In this document: piece by piece, positions 47,383 through 55,019 of the stretch
Numbering within the stretch: position 1 is the stretch's first letter
Layout of the letters: every line of letters starts with the position of its first letter
Virus record (IMG/VR): IMGVR_UViG_3300034351_000046
Coordinates: 1-55,125 of that record
Direction: 5' to 3' (one strand)
DNA: 55,125 bases
DNA from: a virus
Lineage: Duplodnaviria; Caudoviricetes
The notes under the pieces: model-generated
What the model was told of the DNA's origin: nothing
The model's database searches: none
What the model saw: only the letters and a program-made list of their open reading frames with translations
Position numbers and translations under genes: made by a program

Positions 47383-47647
47383 TTACTACACCACCCAGGA
47401 TGCGCCGAAAACCCTCGAGCAAATGGTGGCATGCGCTCGGCGTGAATTTGAGCTTCGCAAGAAAGTTTACCCTAAGTGGGTCCAGGGAGGCCGTATGTCC
47501 GAGGTCCAGGCCACTCATGAGATCGAATGCATGGAAGGCATCTACTACACACTTTTCCGCTTGAAGGAGCTCCAGGATGCAAGCGAAGAAATGAAGCGAC
47601 TGGCAACAAGTGGCAACAAGAACCCGGAACAAGCGAAGCTATTATGA
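47369..47647 (+). CDS. Conserved hypothetical phage protein
   Basis: CARREFELRKKVYPKWV..GRM...A..EI..M pattern. Confidence 0.8.
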   Translation: MSNSNYYTTQDAPKTLEQMVACARREFELRKKVYPKWVQGGRMSEVQATHEIECMEGIYYTLFRLKELQDASEEMKRLATSGNKNPEQAKLL

Positions 47648-47883
47648 GAATTTTCCAGGAACGCAAGGTGGCCTATGCGGTGGAGGGCCCCTACGAAGAT
47701 CAAATGCGACTTACTACCGGAGATCGAAAAACCATGGATGAGGCACTCGAAGCCGCCAGGGAATTCGAGAAAGAAATGCCGATTCAGAAATTACGGCTTG
47801 TAAAGACAGTGACGATTGTCTATACAGAAATCCTTCCGTATCCACAACGGCACAGCAGGTGCCCTAAATGCGCGACAAAATGA
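47644..47883 (+). CDS. Hypothetical protein
   Basis: 79 aa; ATGA overlaps at both ends. Confidence 0.7.
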   Translation: MRIFQERKVAYAVEGPYEDQMRLTTGDRKTMDEALEAAREFEKEMPIQKLRLVKTVTIVYTEILPYPQRHSRCPKCATK

Positions 47884-48353
47884 GCGATTGGAAATATTTG
47901 AACAGATGCCGGATCCCGCCAGGGAAATCCAAGATGTATGGATCCCGCCCCTCGGACGGGTTCAATGGCGCCTTTCACATCACCATCAATGGGCTGGAGC
48001 TCCTGGCCCTGGCCTCCGATGGGATGGGGTGGCAGCATGTCTCCGTTTCAATTGCTCGCCAGCCGACACACACACCCAGCTGGCACATAATGTGCGCGTG
48101 CAAAAACCTTTTCTGGGAGGACACCGACACGGTCATGCAGCTGCACCCTCCCAAGGCTCTTTACGTAAACCATCACCCAGGATGCCTGCATCTGTGGAAA
48201 CCCACGATGGATGGCGTCATCATCCCGCTGCCGCATCCCGCCATGCTGGGATGGGAAATGGAAGATGGGAAATCGGCCCTGGAGGTCCCAGGCCTGCCCC
48301 AAGAGGTTCAGGAGTGGATCGAGAAGCATTACGGGAAAAGGGCCCCCGAATGA
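47880..48353 (+). CDS. Conserved phage protein (WxHVSVS...HPxCLHLW family)
   Basis: GWQHVSVS, PSW..MC..K.LFW, QLHP and YVNHHPGCLHLW motifs. Confidence 0.85.
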   Translation: MSDWKYLNRCRIPPGKSKMYGSRPSDGFNGAFHITINGLELLALASDGMGWQHVSVSIARQPTHTPSWHIMCACKNLFWEDTDTVMQLHPPKALYVNHHPGCLHLWKPTMDGVIIPLPHPAMLGWEMEDGKSALEVPGLPQEVQEWIEKHYGKRAPE

Positions 48354-48503
48354 GAGACGGGTGACCGGAAGGACACTACTACTTCCAATCACCCGTCATT
48401 CTCAAAACCACAGTTCGCGACTGTGGTTCTAACGATTTTTTGACTTTCAGCGCAAGCTGAAAATCGAGAAACCAAAAAACCAAAAAAGCAGAAAGACCAC
48501 AGT

Positions 48504-49250
48504 ATGAAGAGATCAGAGGCTAAAGAGCCTATTGGAAATCCCGTCCTCCCAGGCGGGAAGGAAAAGAAGGAACGCATCATCATCAAGCCGCCCAACTTCG
48601 GGCTGGCTCAATTCACGATCGAGGGGCTCACGCAATTGTGCGTCCATCGATTCTCACAGAAGGTCCTCGAAAGCCTGCGCGGAGAACCCGATGCAGAAAC
48701 CGGGGAGAAAGCACCATCCAAAGCCAAAAAGAAGCCCAAGAAAAAGTACTCCGACGAAGTGCTTTATCATGACGCTCGCTACATCAGCCCGGAGGGCTGG
48801 GACGGAATCCAGGCCAGTGCCTTCCGTAACTGCATGATCTCGGCATGTCGCGTGGGCGGCTTTGAGATGACCAAAGCAAAGCTGAGCCTGTTCTGTGTTC
48901 AGGACGGGTTCGATGCCACTCAACCTCAATTCGGCATCGTCCGAATCTACGGTGAACCGCGCATGGCGATTGACATGGCCAGGGTCTCCCGAGGGGATCC
49001 CTATCCTGTTGTGCGTCCGGTTTACATGCCCTGGCACGCGAAAGTGAAAATCCGATGGGACGCAGATCAATTCCATCTGGATGACGTTGCCAACCTCCTC
49101 TACCGAGCCGGCGTGCAGGTTGGTGTCGGTGAGGGACGCTGGGACAGCAAAAAGTCTGCTGGCCTTGGTTGGGGGCAATTCGCAATCACGGGCATTGAAA
49201 GACTCACTCTCGAAATCCCACAACTACCACCGATTCCACCCATTAAATGA
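48504..49250 (+). CDS. RAMP/Cas7-like RNA-binding protein; putative effector of the adjacent array
   Basis: RRM-like layout: first strand FTIEGLTQLCVH, IQASAFRNCM (cf. the RAMP IPxSxxKG helix), and a C-terminal Gly-rich loop GVQVGVGEGR...GLGWGQF. Confidence 0.7.
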   Translation: MKRSEAKEPIGNPVLPGGKEKKERIIIKPPNFGLAQFTIEGLTQLCVHRFSQKVLESLRGEPDAETGEKAPSKAKKKPKKKYSDEVLYHDARYISPEGWDGIQASAFRNCMISACRVGGFEMTKAKLSLFCVQDGFDATQPQFGIVRIYGEPRMAIDMARVSRGDPYPVVRPVYMPWHAKVKIRWDADQFHLDDVANLLYRAGVQVGVGEGRWDSKKSAGLGWGQFAITGIERLTLEIPQLPPIPPIK

Positions 49251-49804
49251 GCACCAAAACCAAAGTCGAATTCGGCTATGCGCCGATGCCCAACTCGAAG
49301 CTGAACAAAACTCAGGTTCAGGTTGTGGCCTCCGAATTCAAACGCCTGGAAGAAAAACATCGGGTTCTCAAGCCGGCCACGATTGTCGAGGCCGCTCGCC
49401 CCCAAGGGTCCAGGCTACACCCATTCTTCACCTGGGATGATCGGGCAGCCGCCGAGCAATACCGGCTGATCGAAGCGCAGATGCTTTCCCGATCTGTCCG
49501 CATATTCCAGGTGGGAATCCCACTGGCTGAACAGCCGGTTGTTCGCGCTTGGGTCCATGTGACCGCACATAGCGAGGAGACCGAGTTTGAAGGCCCAGGC
49601 TACATCAGTGTGAATCGTGTTTTGGACGACACTCGCTACCGGGAGCAGATGCTCCAGGAAGCCAGAGATGACATCCGCATTTTTCAGCGCAAGTACGAGG
49701 ACCTCCTCCTTGTGACGGGGGCCATGGAAAGCGTTGAGAAAGTCAAAAGCAAGCTAGCTCCAAAGCCGCGCAGGCGCGGTGGGGCGCGTCACAAAGCGAC
49801 CTAG
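49247..49804 (+). CDS. Conserved partner protein of the RAMP-like gene
   Basis: ATGA-coupled; LKPATIVEAAR..GSRLHPFFTWDDRAAAEQYRL..A motif; function unknown. Confidence 0.75.
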   Translation: MSTKTKVEFGYAPMPNSKLNKTQVQVVASEFKRLEEKHRVLKPATIVEAARPQGSRLHPFFTWDDRAAAEQYRLIEAQMLSRSVRIFQVGIPLAEQPVVRAWVHVTAHSEETEFEGPGYISVNRVLDDTRYREQMLQEARDDIRIFQRKYEDLLLVTGAMESVEKVKSKLAPKPRRRGGARHKAT

Positions 49805-49828
49805 CAAGCAAAGCCCTGTAGTGGCGGC

Positions 49829-50743
49829 GCAGGCGAGTCATGGCCGAGAGTGATTGGTGGAGAGTGTCGATGCCAGGTTAGACATGGCAATGCTGGCACG
49901 ATGCCGCTCCTCCGAGCAAGTCGAGTTCAAACCGAGCGCGATGCAGTATGTCAAGACATGCCATTGCAGGCTCGACCAGCCCCGTCTTGATGCGGCTGGG
50001 AAGGGCAAAGCACAACAAGACATGTCCTGGTTTGGTGCGACCGAGCCAGGCAAGGTCAGGCGTGTCGCGACAAGGCAAAGCTGGCGCGACAATGCGAGTC
50101 CAGCCTGAGATGGGTGCGACGATGCCTGACATGGCAAAGCAATGCAGGCAAGGCGCGATCTGGCGAGCCAGCGCACGTAATGGCGGGGCGCGATGCGTCC
50201 CTGCGCGACATGGCAAAGCTGGCGAGTCGAGCCTCGTTGAGGCGAAGCTAAGCTGAGTTGGGCAATGCAGGCAAAGCGCGAAATGGTCTGGCCTTTTACG
50301 ACGAGGCGGGTCTAAGCGATCCCAGGCTGGCCAAGCGCGAATTGTCAGAACCGAGCGAGCTATGGATTGCCAAAGCAATGCAGGCGGTGAGTGGGGAGCA
50401 TTGACTGGCGAGACTAGTCAAGCCACGACAGTGCAGGCAAGTCGAGTTCGTGCCTAGCCCAGCGTTGCGTGACATGGCTGAGAAGAGCAACGCAGGCAAG
50501 TCGAGGCGGGACACGTACTGACTCGGCACGGCATGACACAGCATGGCAGGCATGGGATGGCGAGACTAGTTGTAGTTTAGCCCGGCCTGGTCCGTCTGAG
50601 CAGGCATGGAATTGCTGGTCAAGTTGTAGCAAGGCGGAACCTGGATTGTCTGGGTGAAGCCAAGCAGGCATGCCCACGCAAAGCAGGGCCAAGTCTAGTG
50701 AAGCCTGACAGTGCAGGTTTGGCTGGGTTTGGCTTGTCGGTAA
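49829..50743 (+). ncRNA. Pentamer-periodic guide-like array (NN + triplet units, GC(A/T)GGC delimiters)
   Basis: 15 delimiters; 12 of 14 intervals equal 5n+9 nt; no credible ORF; the NN strings decode to phage protein motifs. Confidence 0.85.
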
Positions 50744-50747
50744 ACCC

Positions 50748-50786
50748 GAGTGGCCGGTAGGTTGATTCCTGCCGGCCGCTCACTTT
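50748..50786 (+). terminator. 14-bp stem-loop closing the array
   Basis: GAGTGGCCGGTAGG-TTGATT-CCTGCCGGCCGCTC (two G-U pairs), followed by ACTTT. Confidence 0.65.
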
Positions 50787-50801
50787 CAATGGAGTGAACT
50801 T

Positions 50802-52913
50802 ATGGAATTGATCGAACAAGCCGCACGTTATCTTCAGTCGATCCCGCCGGCCATCTCTGGCCAGGGTGGACATTCTCAAACCCTCAACGCCGCCCGAGCC
50901 CTGGTCTGGGGCTTCAACCTTCCCGAGGCTCAAGCCATGGAGCTCCTGAGTCAGTGGAACCAAGGGTGCCAGCCACCCTGGAGCCAGAGGGAGCTCGAGC
51001 ACAAAATCAAGGAGGCCAACAGCAAGGAATTTGGTAAACCGCGCGGCTATCTCCTCTCCAAGAACCAACGCTATCTTTCGCGCAACGCCGCTCGACCAGG
51101 CGTCGAGTCCAAACCCGAGGTGGCTGCCAAACAATACGATCTGAGCACCGCCCAGGAAATCGAACTGCCCAAGGGCAAGCGCGACGGGTTTTTCCAGTTG
51201 CTGGAGGCCTGCTTTAAACCTGGTGAAGGCGTGCGCGTGATGGGCGGCATGGATGAGGAGGGGCATGTGCGGTGTGATCCCCACGGGGGCGTGGTCCTTT
51301 CCAGGGAGGAGTGGATCAGTAAGCTCGAACAGAAGGGCAGCATCAACGCGCTCTACTATCGCCTGGGAGGTCCTCCGCTGGGGGTTTACCTGGGCATCAA
51401 CCCGATGAAAATCGGGGGCGGCAACAAGGATGCCGATGTCACGGCCTATCGCCACTGCCTGCTGGAGTTTGACAAGATCTCCATTCGCGAGCAGTGGGCC
51501 CTGATCGTCCAGTCCAACATCCCCTGCGCGGCCGTCATCTACTCGGGCAACAAATCGATCCACGCCTGGGTGAAGGTCGACGCGCCAGACCGCAAGACCT
51601 ACGACGAACGGGTCAGCGCCATTTACGATCACTTCCGGGAATATCAACCAGATGTCAAAAACAAGAACCCCTCCCGGTTCTCCCGGTGCCCGGATGCCAA
51701 GCGCGATGATACGGTGCAGTATCTCCTGGGCCTGAACCTGGGCGCCGAGTCCTACACCGAGTGGAGCAAGCAACTCCTGGTGGAGGGAATCGGCATCACC
51801 TATTCGGCCAAGGAGGTGCGCGAATACGATCCCACCGAGGACGGCATGACCGTGGCCGGGGATCAATGGCTTCGCAAGGGCGGGTCCTGCATCCTGGTGG
51901 GGCCCTCGGGCGTGGGCAAGTCCAGTCTGGCCTGCCAGATTGCCATGTGCTGGGCCCTGGGCCGGCCCTGCTTTGGAGTGACGCCGGTCAAGCCGCTCAA
52001 GATCCTCTTCCTTCAAGCCGAGAATGACCTGGCCGATTTGCACTCGATGAACATCGGGATTTACCAGGGCCTGGGAATACTCGATCAACCGGAGGCCTTG
52101 GAGATGATCGACCGCAACCTGGTCTACAACCACAACGTGGCCGACACGGGCCACTCCTTCATCGTCGCGTTGCAGAAGCTGGTGGACTACCACGAACCGG
52201 ACCTGGTGATTGTCGATCCCCTGCTCTCATTCATTGGCGATGACGCCAGCCGGCAGGAGATCGTGGGCCGGTTCTTCCGCAACTGGCTCAACCCGATCCT
52301 GCACAATTCCAACGTGGCCTTCATGGGCGTGCATCACACCGGCAAGCCGCCTCAGCAGCAGGAAGGCAAGGGCGGCAAAAAGCCCCCGCGTCGATCCCTG
52401 GCCGAGTGGTCCTACCAGATGATGGGCAGCAGTGAGTTGACCAACTGGGCGCGTGCGGTGGTCCTGCTCAATCAGCTTCCCGAGGGCGACTTCGAGTTGA
52501 TCTTCTCCAAGCGCGGCAAGCGTGCCCAGGCCACGCATCCCAATGGGAGCCCCACGCAAATCGTCCGATTGCGGCATAGTCCTCTGGCAATTTTCTGGGC
52601 CCAGGAGGATCCCCCGGAGGAACCGGTCACCGCTTCGGAATCCGAGCCCCAGGCGGCACCCAACATGACAGCTGGACAAATGGTCCAGACAGTGGCTAGC
52701 TCCAATCTTTATGAGTTCACCAATTCGATCCCCAAAGAGGGCATAAGCAATGCCAGACTGCGCGAGATGATAGTGGACTACGCCGCCAACACTCTGGGGA
52801 TCGACCTGGGCGAACCGAGATCCGGGCGTGTCACGCGCACGCTGGAAGCCCTAGTCCGCAACCACAAACTGAGCCGCAAAGGAAAACTCTACATCAAGGG
52901 GCACGATGCATAA
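50802..52913 (+). CDS. Primase-helicase (AEP-like plus AAA_25/RepA-like helicase)
   Basis: PPAISGQGG N-domain; LLEFD, SGNKSIHAW and NPSRFSR primase motifs; GPSGVGKS, IVDP and VHH helicase motifs. Confidence 0.9.
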   Translation: MELIEQAARYLQSIPPAISGQGGHSQTLNAARALVWGFNLPEAQAMELLSQWNQGCQPPWSQRELEHKIKEANSKEFGKPRGYLLSKNQRYLSRNAARPGVESKPEVAAKQYDLSTAQEIELPKGKRDGFFQLLEACFKPGEGVRVMGGMDEEGHVRCDPHGGVVLSREEWISKLEQKGSINALYYRLGGPPLGVYLGINPMKIGGGNKDADVTAYRHCLLEFDKISIREQWALIVQSNIPCAAVIYSGNKSIHAWVKVDAPDRKTYDERVSAIYDHFREYQPDVKNKNPSRFSRCPDAKRDDTVQYLLGLNLGAESYTEWSKQLLVEGIGITYSAKEVREYDPTEDGMTVAGDQWLRKGGSCILVGPSGVGKSSLACQIAMCWALGRPCFGVTPVKPLKILFLQAENDLADLHSMNIGIYQGLGILDQPEALEMIDRNLVYNHNVADTGHSFIVALQKLVDYHEPDLVIVDPLLSFIGDDASRQEIVGRFFRNWLNPILHNSNVAFMGVHHTGKPPQQQEGKGGKKPPRRSLAEWSYQMMGSSELTNWARAVVLLNQLPEGDFELIFSKRGKRAQATHPNGSPTQIVRLRHSPLAIFWAQEDPPEEPVTASESEPQAAPNMTAGQMVQTVASSNLYEFTNSIPKEGISNARLREMIVDYAANTLGIDLGEPRSGRVTRTLEALVRNHKLSRKGKLYIKGHDA

Positions 52914-52958
52914 CATGTGCCCTTTGCTGCAACGAAACCCCCAAAACGTGAAACAATC

Positions 52959-53537
52959 ATGGACCTATTGAAACGACCCCCGCAACCCAGTGACCAGCCC
53001 TTCACCAGTCTCAACCAGGCCTTTGCCCACTTCTTGGACTCCCACTTCAACGTCCCCGGCAACGTGCCGCCCATCGTCCGCATGGCTTTCATGAAGGGCG
53101 CCTCCTACATGAAGCGGCTGGCGATGTCGACCAAGGAGATGAGTGGCCCTGATCGGGTCATGTTCATCAGCCGGCTCTACAAAGAGATCGAGCAGGAAAT
53201 GGCCTCCATCGATGAGGCTCTGGCCCAGCCGCCGGCTCCGATCCAGCCGCCCCCGCCAGGTCCCGGCATGGATCTGCCCGGAACCGCCCCCGGCCCCCGG
53301 CCCCCGGTGGAGTCGCCCACGGGGGATGCCGCCACGGCCCCGGCGCCGATGATGTGGACCGTCTCGATGGTGCAGGAGTTTGATGCGGCCTTGCGGGGCG
53401 CCCAGCAGGCCCAGGCCTCCACCTTTCCCTTCAAGGGCAAAACCTTTCGGGTGGCCGATGCGCCGGCCATTCTGAATCATCTTCGGCAGGTCTTTGCCGG
53501 GGATCAACCGCAACCGCCACAACCCAGACCCCAATGA
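52959..53537 (+). CDS. Hypothetical Pro-rich protein
   Basis: RMAFMKGA motif; A-rich leader; coupled to the next gene. Confidence 0.7.
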   Translation: MDLLKRPPQPSDQPFTSLNQAFAHFLDSHFNVPGNVPPIVRMAFMKGASYMKRLAMSTKEMSGPDRVMFISRLYKEIEQEMASIDEALAQPPAPIQPPPPGPGMDLPGTAPGPRPPVESPTGDAATAPAPMMWTVSMVQEFDAALRGAQQAQASTFPFKGKTFRVADAPAILNHLRQVFAGDQPQPPQPRPQ

Positions 53538-53998
53538 GTCAATTCTACGATTCAACCCCTGACACCCAAGCCCACATCGCCCTGGTGCGAAAATTCATGC
53601 AGCGGCCCATCGTCAAGCTGATGCATCGAGCCGCCACCCATGACGCCTCCAAGCTGGAGAGCCCCGAAAAGGCGGCTTTCGACAAGCTGACCCCCCGGCT
53701 CAAGGGCCTCAAATACGGCTCGGAGGAATACCGCGCCAGCCTCCGGGAGATGAAGCCGGCCATCGATCACCATTACCAGGTCAACTCCCATCACCCGGAG
53801 CACTATCCCAACGGGATCAACGGCATGAGCCTTTTGGATCTCATGGAGATGTTGTGCGACTGGGGCGCGGCCCAGCAACGGCACGATCCTCCCGGCAACT
53901 TTGAAGCCAGTTTCAAGGTCAACGTGGAGCGGTTCAAGATCGGGCCCCAGCTGGAGTCGATCCTCCGCGCCACGGTCAAGGAGATGGGCTGGGAATGA
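53534..53998 (+). CDS. HD-like protein (DUF5662-type)
   Basis: HDASK, HHY..NSHHPEHY and EMLCDW motifs. Confidence 0.85.
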   Translation: MSQFYDSTPDTQAHIALVRKFMQRPIVKLMHRAATHDASKLESPEKAAFDKLTPRLKGLKYGSEEYRASLREMKPAIDHHYQVNSHHPEHYPNGINGMSLLDLMEMLCDWGAAQQRHDPPGNFEASFKVNVERFKIGPQLESILRATVKEMGWE

Positions 53999-54309
53999 CC
54001 ACAGAATCCAAACCCACCCTGATCAATGCCAGCGTGTTGGCTGAAGCCGTGACCCAATGGTTCATAAGACGGCGCGTGTATGAATGCCCAAGATGCTACG
54101 GCAAAGGTGTGCAGGGGGGTGGCCGTGGCCACTTCGGGGACTGCAACGGAGATGCGGGGGAGGCCTGGAAGCCTTGCTGGTGGCCGTGCCCCCGATGTCT
54201 TGGGTTTGGGTGGGTGGATCTGGTTTCAGAAATTGAATACAGGGAGTCCCTCGAGGGGGACGAGTTTTCTTCACCAAAATACAGCAGCAAGCGCAAGAGA
54301 GAAGGCTAG
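53995..54309 (+). CDS. DnaJ-type zinc-finger protein
   Basis: CPRCYGKG and CPRCLGFG. Confidence 0.7.
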   Translation: MTTESKPTLINASVLAEAVTQWFIRRRVYECPRCYGKGVQGGGRGHFGDCNGDAGEAWKPCWWPCPRCLGFGWVDLVSEIEYRESLEGDEFSSPKYSSKRKREG

Positions 54310-54312
54310 CCT

Positions 54313-54726
54313 ATGACAGAACACACCTTTGACAAACCCCGAGGCTGGATCGGCATCGATCTGGACGGCACCCTGGCTCACTACACCACCTGGCACACGC
54401 CCGATCACATCGGCGCGCCGATTCCCCGGATGGTTCACCTGGTCAAGCTCCTCCTGGATGCCGGCTGGGATGTTCGCATTCTGACGGCGCGGGTGGGGCC
54501 CCAGAAGCAACCCCAGGATCGGGTCTACGCCGCCCAGGCGATCCGGGCCTGGACCATGAAGCACCTGGGCCAGGAGCTCCCCTGCACCCACGAAAAGGAC
54601 TTCGCCATGGTCTGGATGTTCGATGACCGATGCACCCAGGTGGTCAAAAACTCCGGGGTGCTCATCGGCCGGGAGCATTTGCCCGAGGCCCTCAACACTT
54701 TGGAGGGGTTCGATCCCTCCATTTAA
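54313..54726 (+). CDS. HAD-superfamily phosphatase-like protein
   Basis: IGIDLDGTLA, LTAR, K and FDDR motifs. Confidence 0.85.
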   Translation: MTEHTFDKPRGWIGIDLDGTLAHYTTWHTPDHIGAPIPRMVHLVKLLLDAGWDVRILTARVGPQKQPQDRVYAAQAIRAWTMKHLGQELPCTHEKDFAMVWMFDDRCTQVVKNSGVLIGREHLPEALNTLEGFDPSI

Positions 54727-54770
54727 CCCCCCGTTCCACGTAGAACACCAAACCGAAAGGAAAACACAAC

Positions 54771-55019
54771 ATGCCCGAAGAACCAACTGATCCCAACCAA
54801 CTGGACCCCCAAATCCAACCCGAGGATCCCACCGAACTGAGCCCCGAGACCGCTGCCCGAGTGCAGCCTCAACCCGAGGAACCGGCACCCGAGGCCCAAT
54901 TCGGAGGCCAACCGTGCCCCGGCCCCCATGTGGTGGTCACCCCGGAGGAACCGGCACCCGAGCCTCTGCCCGACAAAAAGGAAGAGGACTGCACGCTGCC
55001 CCAGCAGCCCGAGCAGTAA
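54771..55019 (+). CDS. Acidic Pro/Glu-rich small protein
   Basis: 82 aa; PEEPAPE occurs twice; AAAGGAAAACACAAC leader. Confidence 0.6.
   Translation: MPEEPTDPNQLDPQIQPEDPTELSPETAARVQPQPEEPAPEAQFGGQPCPGPHVVVTPEEPAPEPLPDKKEEDCTLPQQPEQ

Noticed and set aside
49838-50692. Short ORFs on both strands over the array
   Set aside because: They overlap each other, are Arg/Ala/Cys-biased and lack motifs; a period-5 structure is inconsistent with codon structure.
49892-50713. Self-matches for other blocks (49892 vs RTAIN, 50218 vs terL DSAEY, 50433 vs Xis PV..SN, 50664 vs terL LELR)
   Set aside because: Only 3-4 dinucleotides match, which is expected by chance.
49829-50743. Canonical CRISPR array
   Set aside because: There are no 23-50 bp direct repeats with unique spacers; the only constant elements are a 6-nt delimiter and the pentamer phase.
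50748-50781. tRNA (GGTTGATTCC resembles a T-loop)
   Set aside because: Only one long hairpin is present; there is no cloverleaf, anticodon arm or CCA.
50619-52193. Long antisense ORFs (524 aa here; also 10276-11496, 29435-30652 and 31475-32587)
   Set aside because: Shadow frames of GC-rich genes that have clear motifs or synteny on the other strand.
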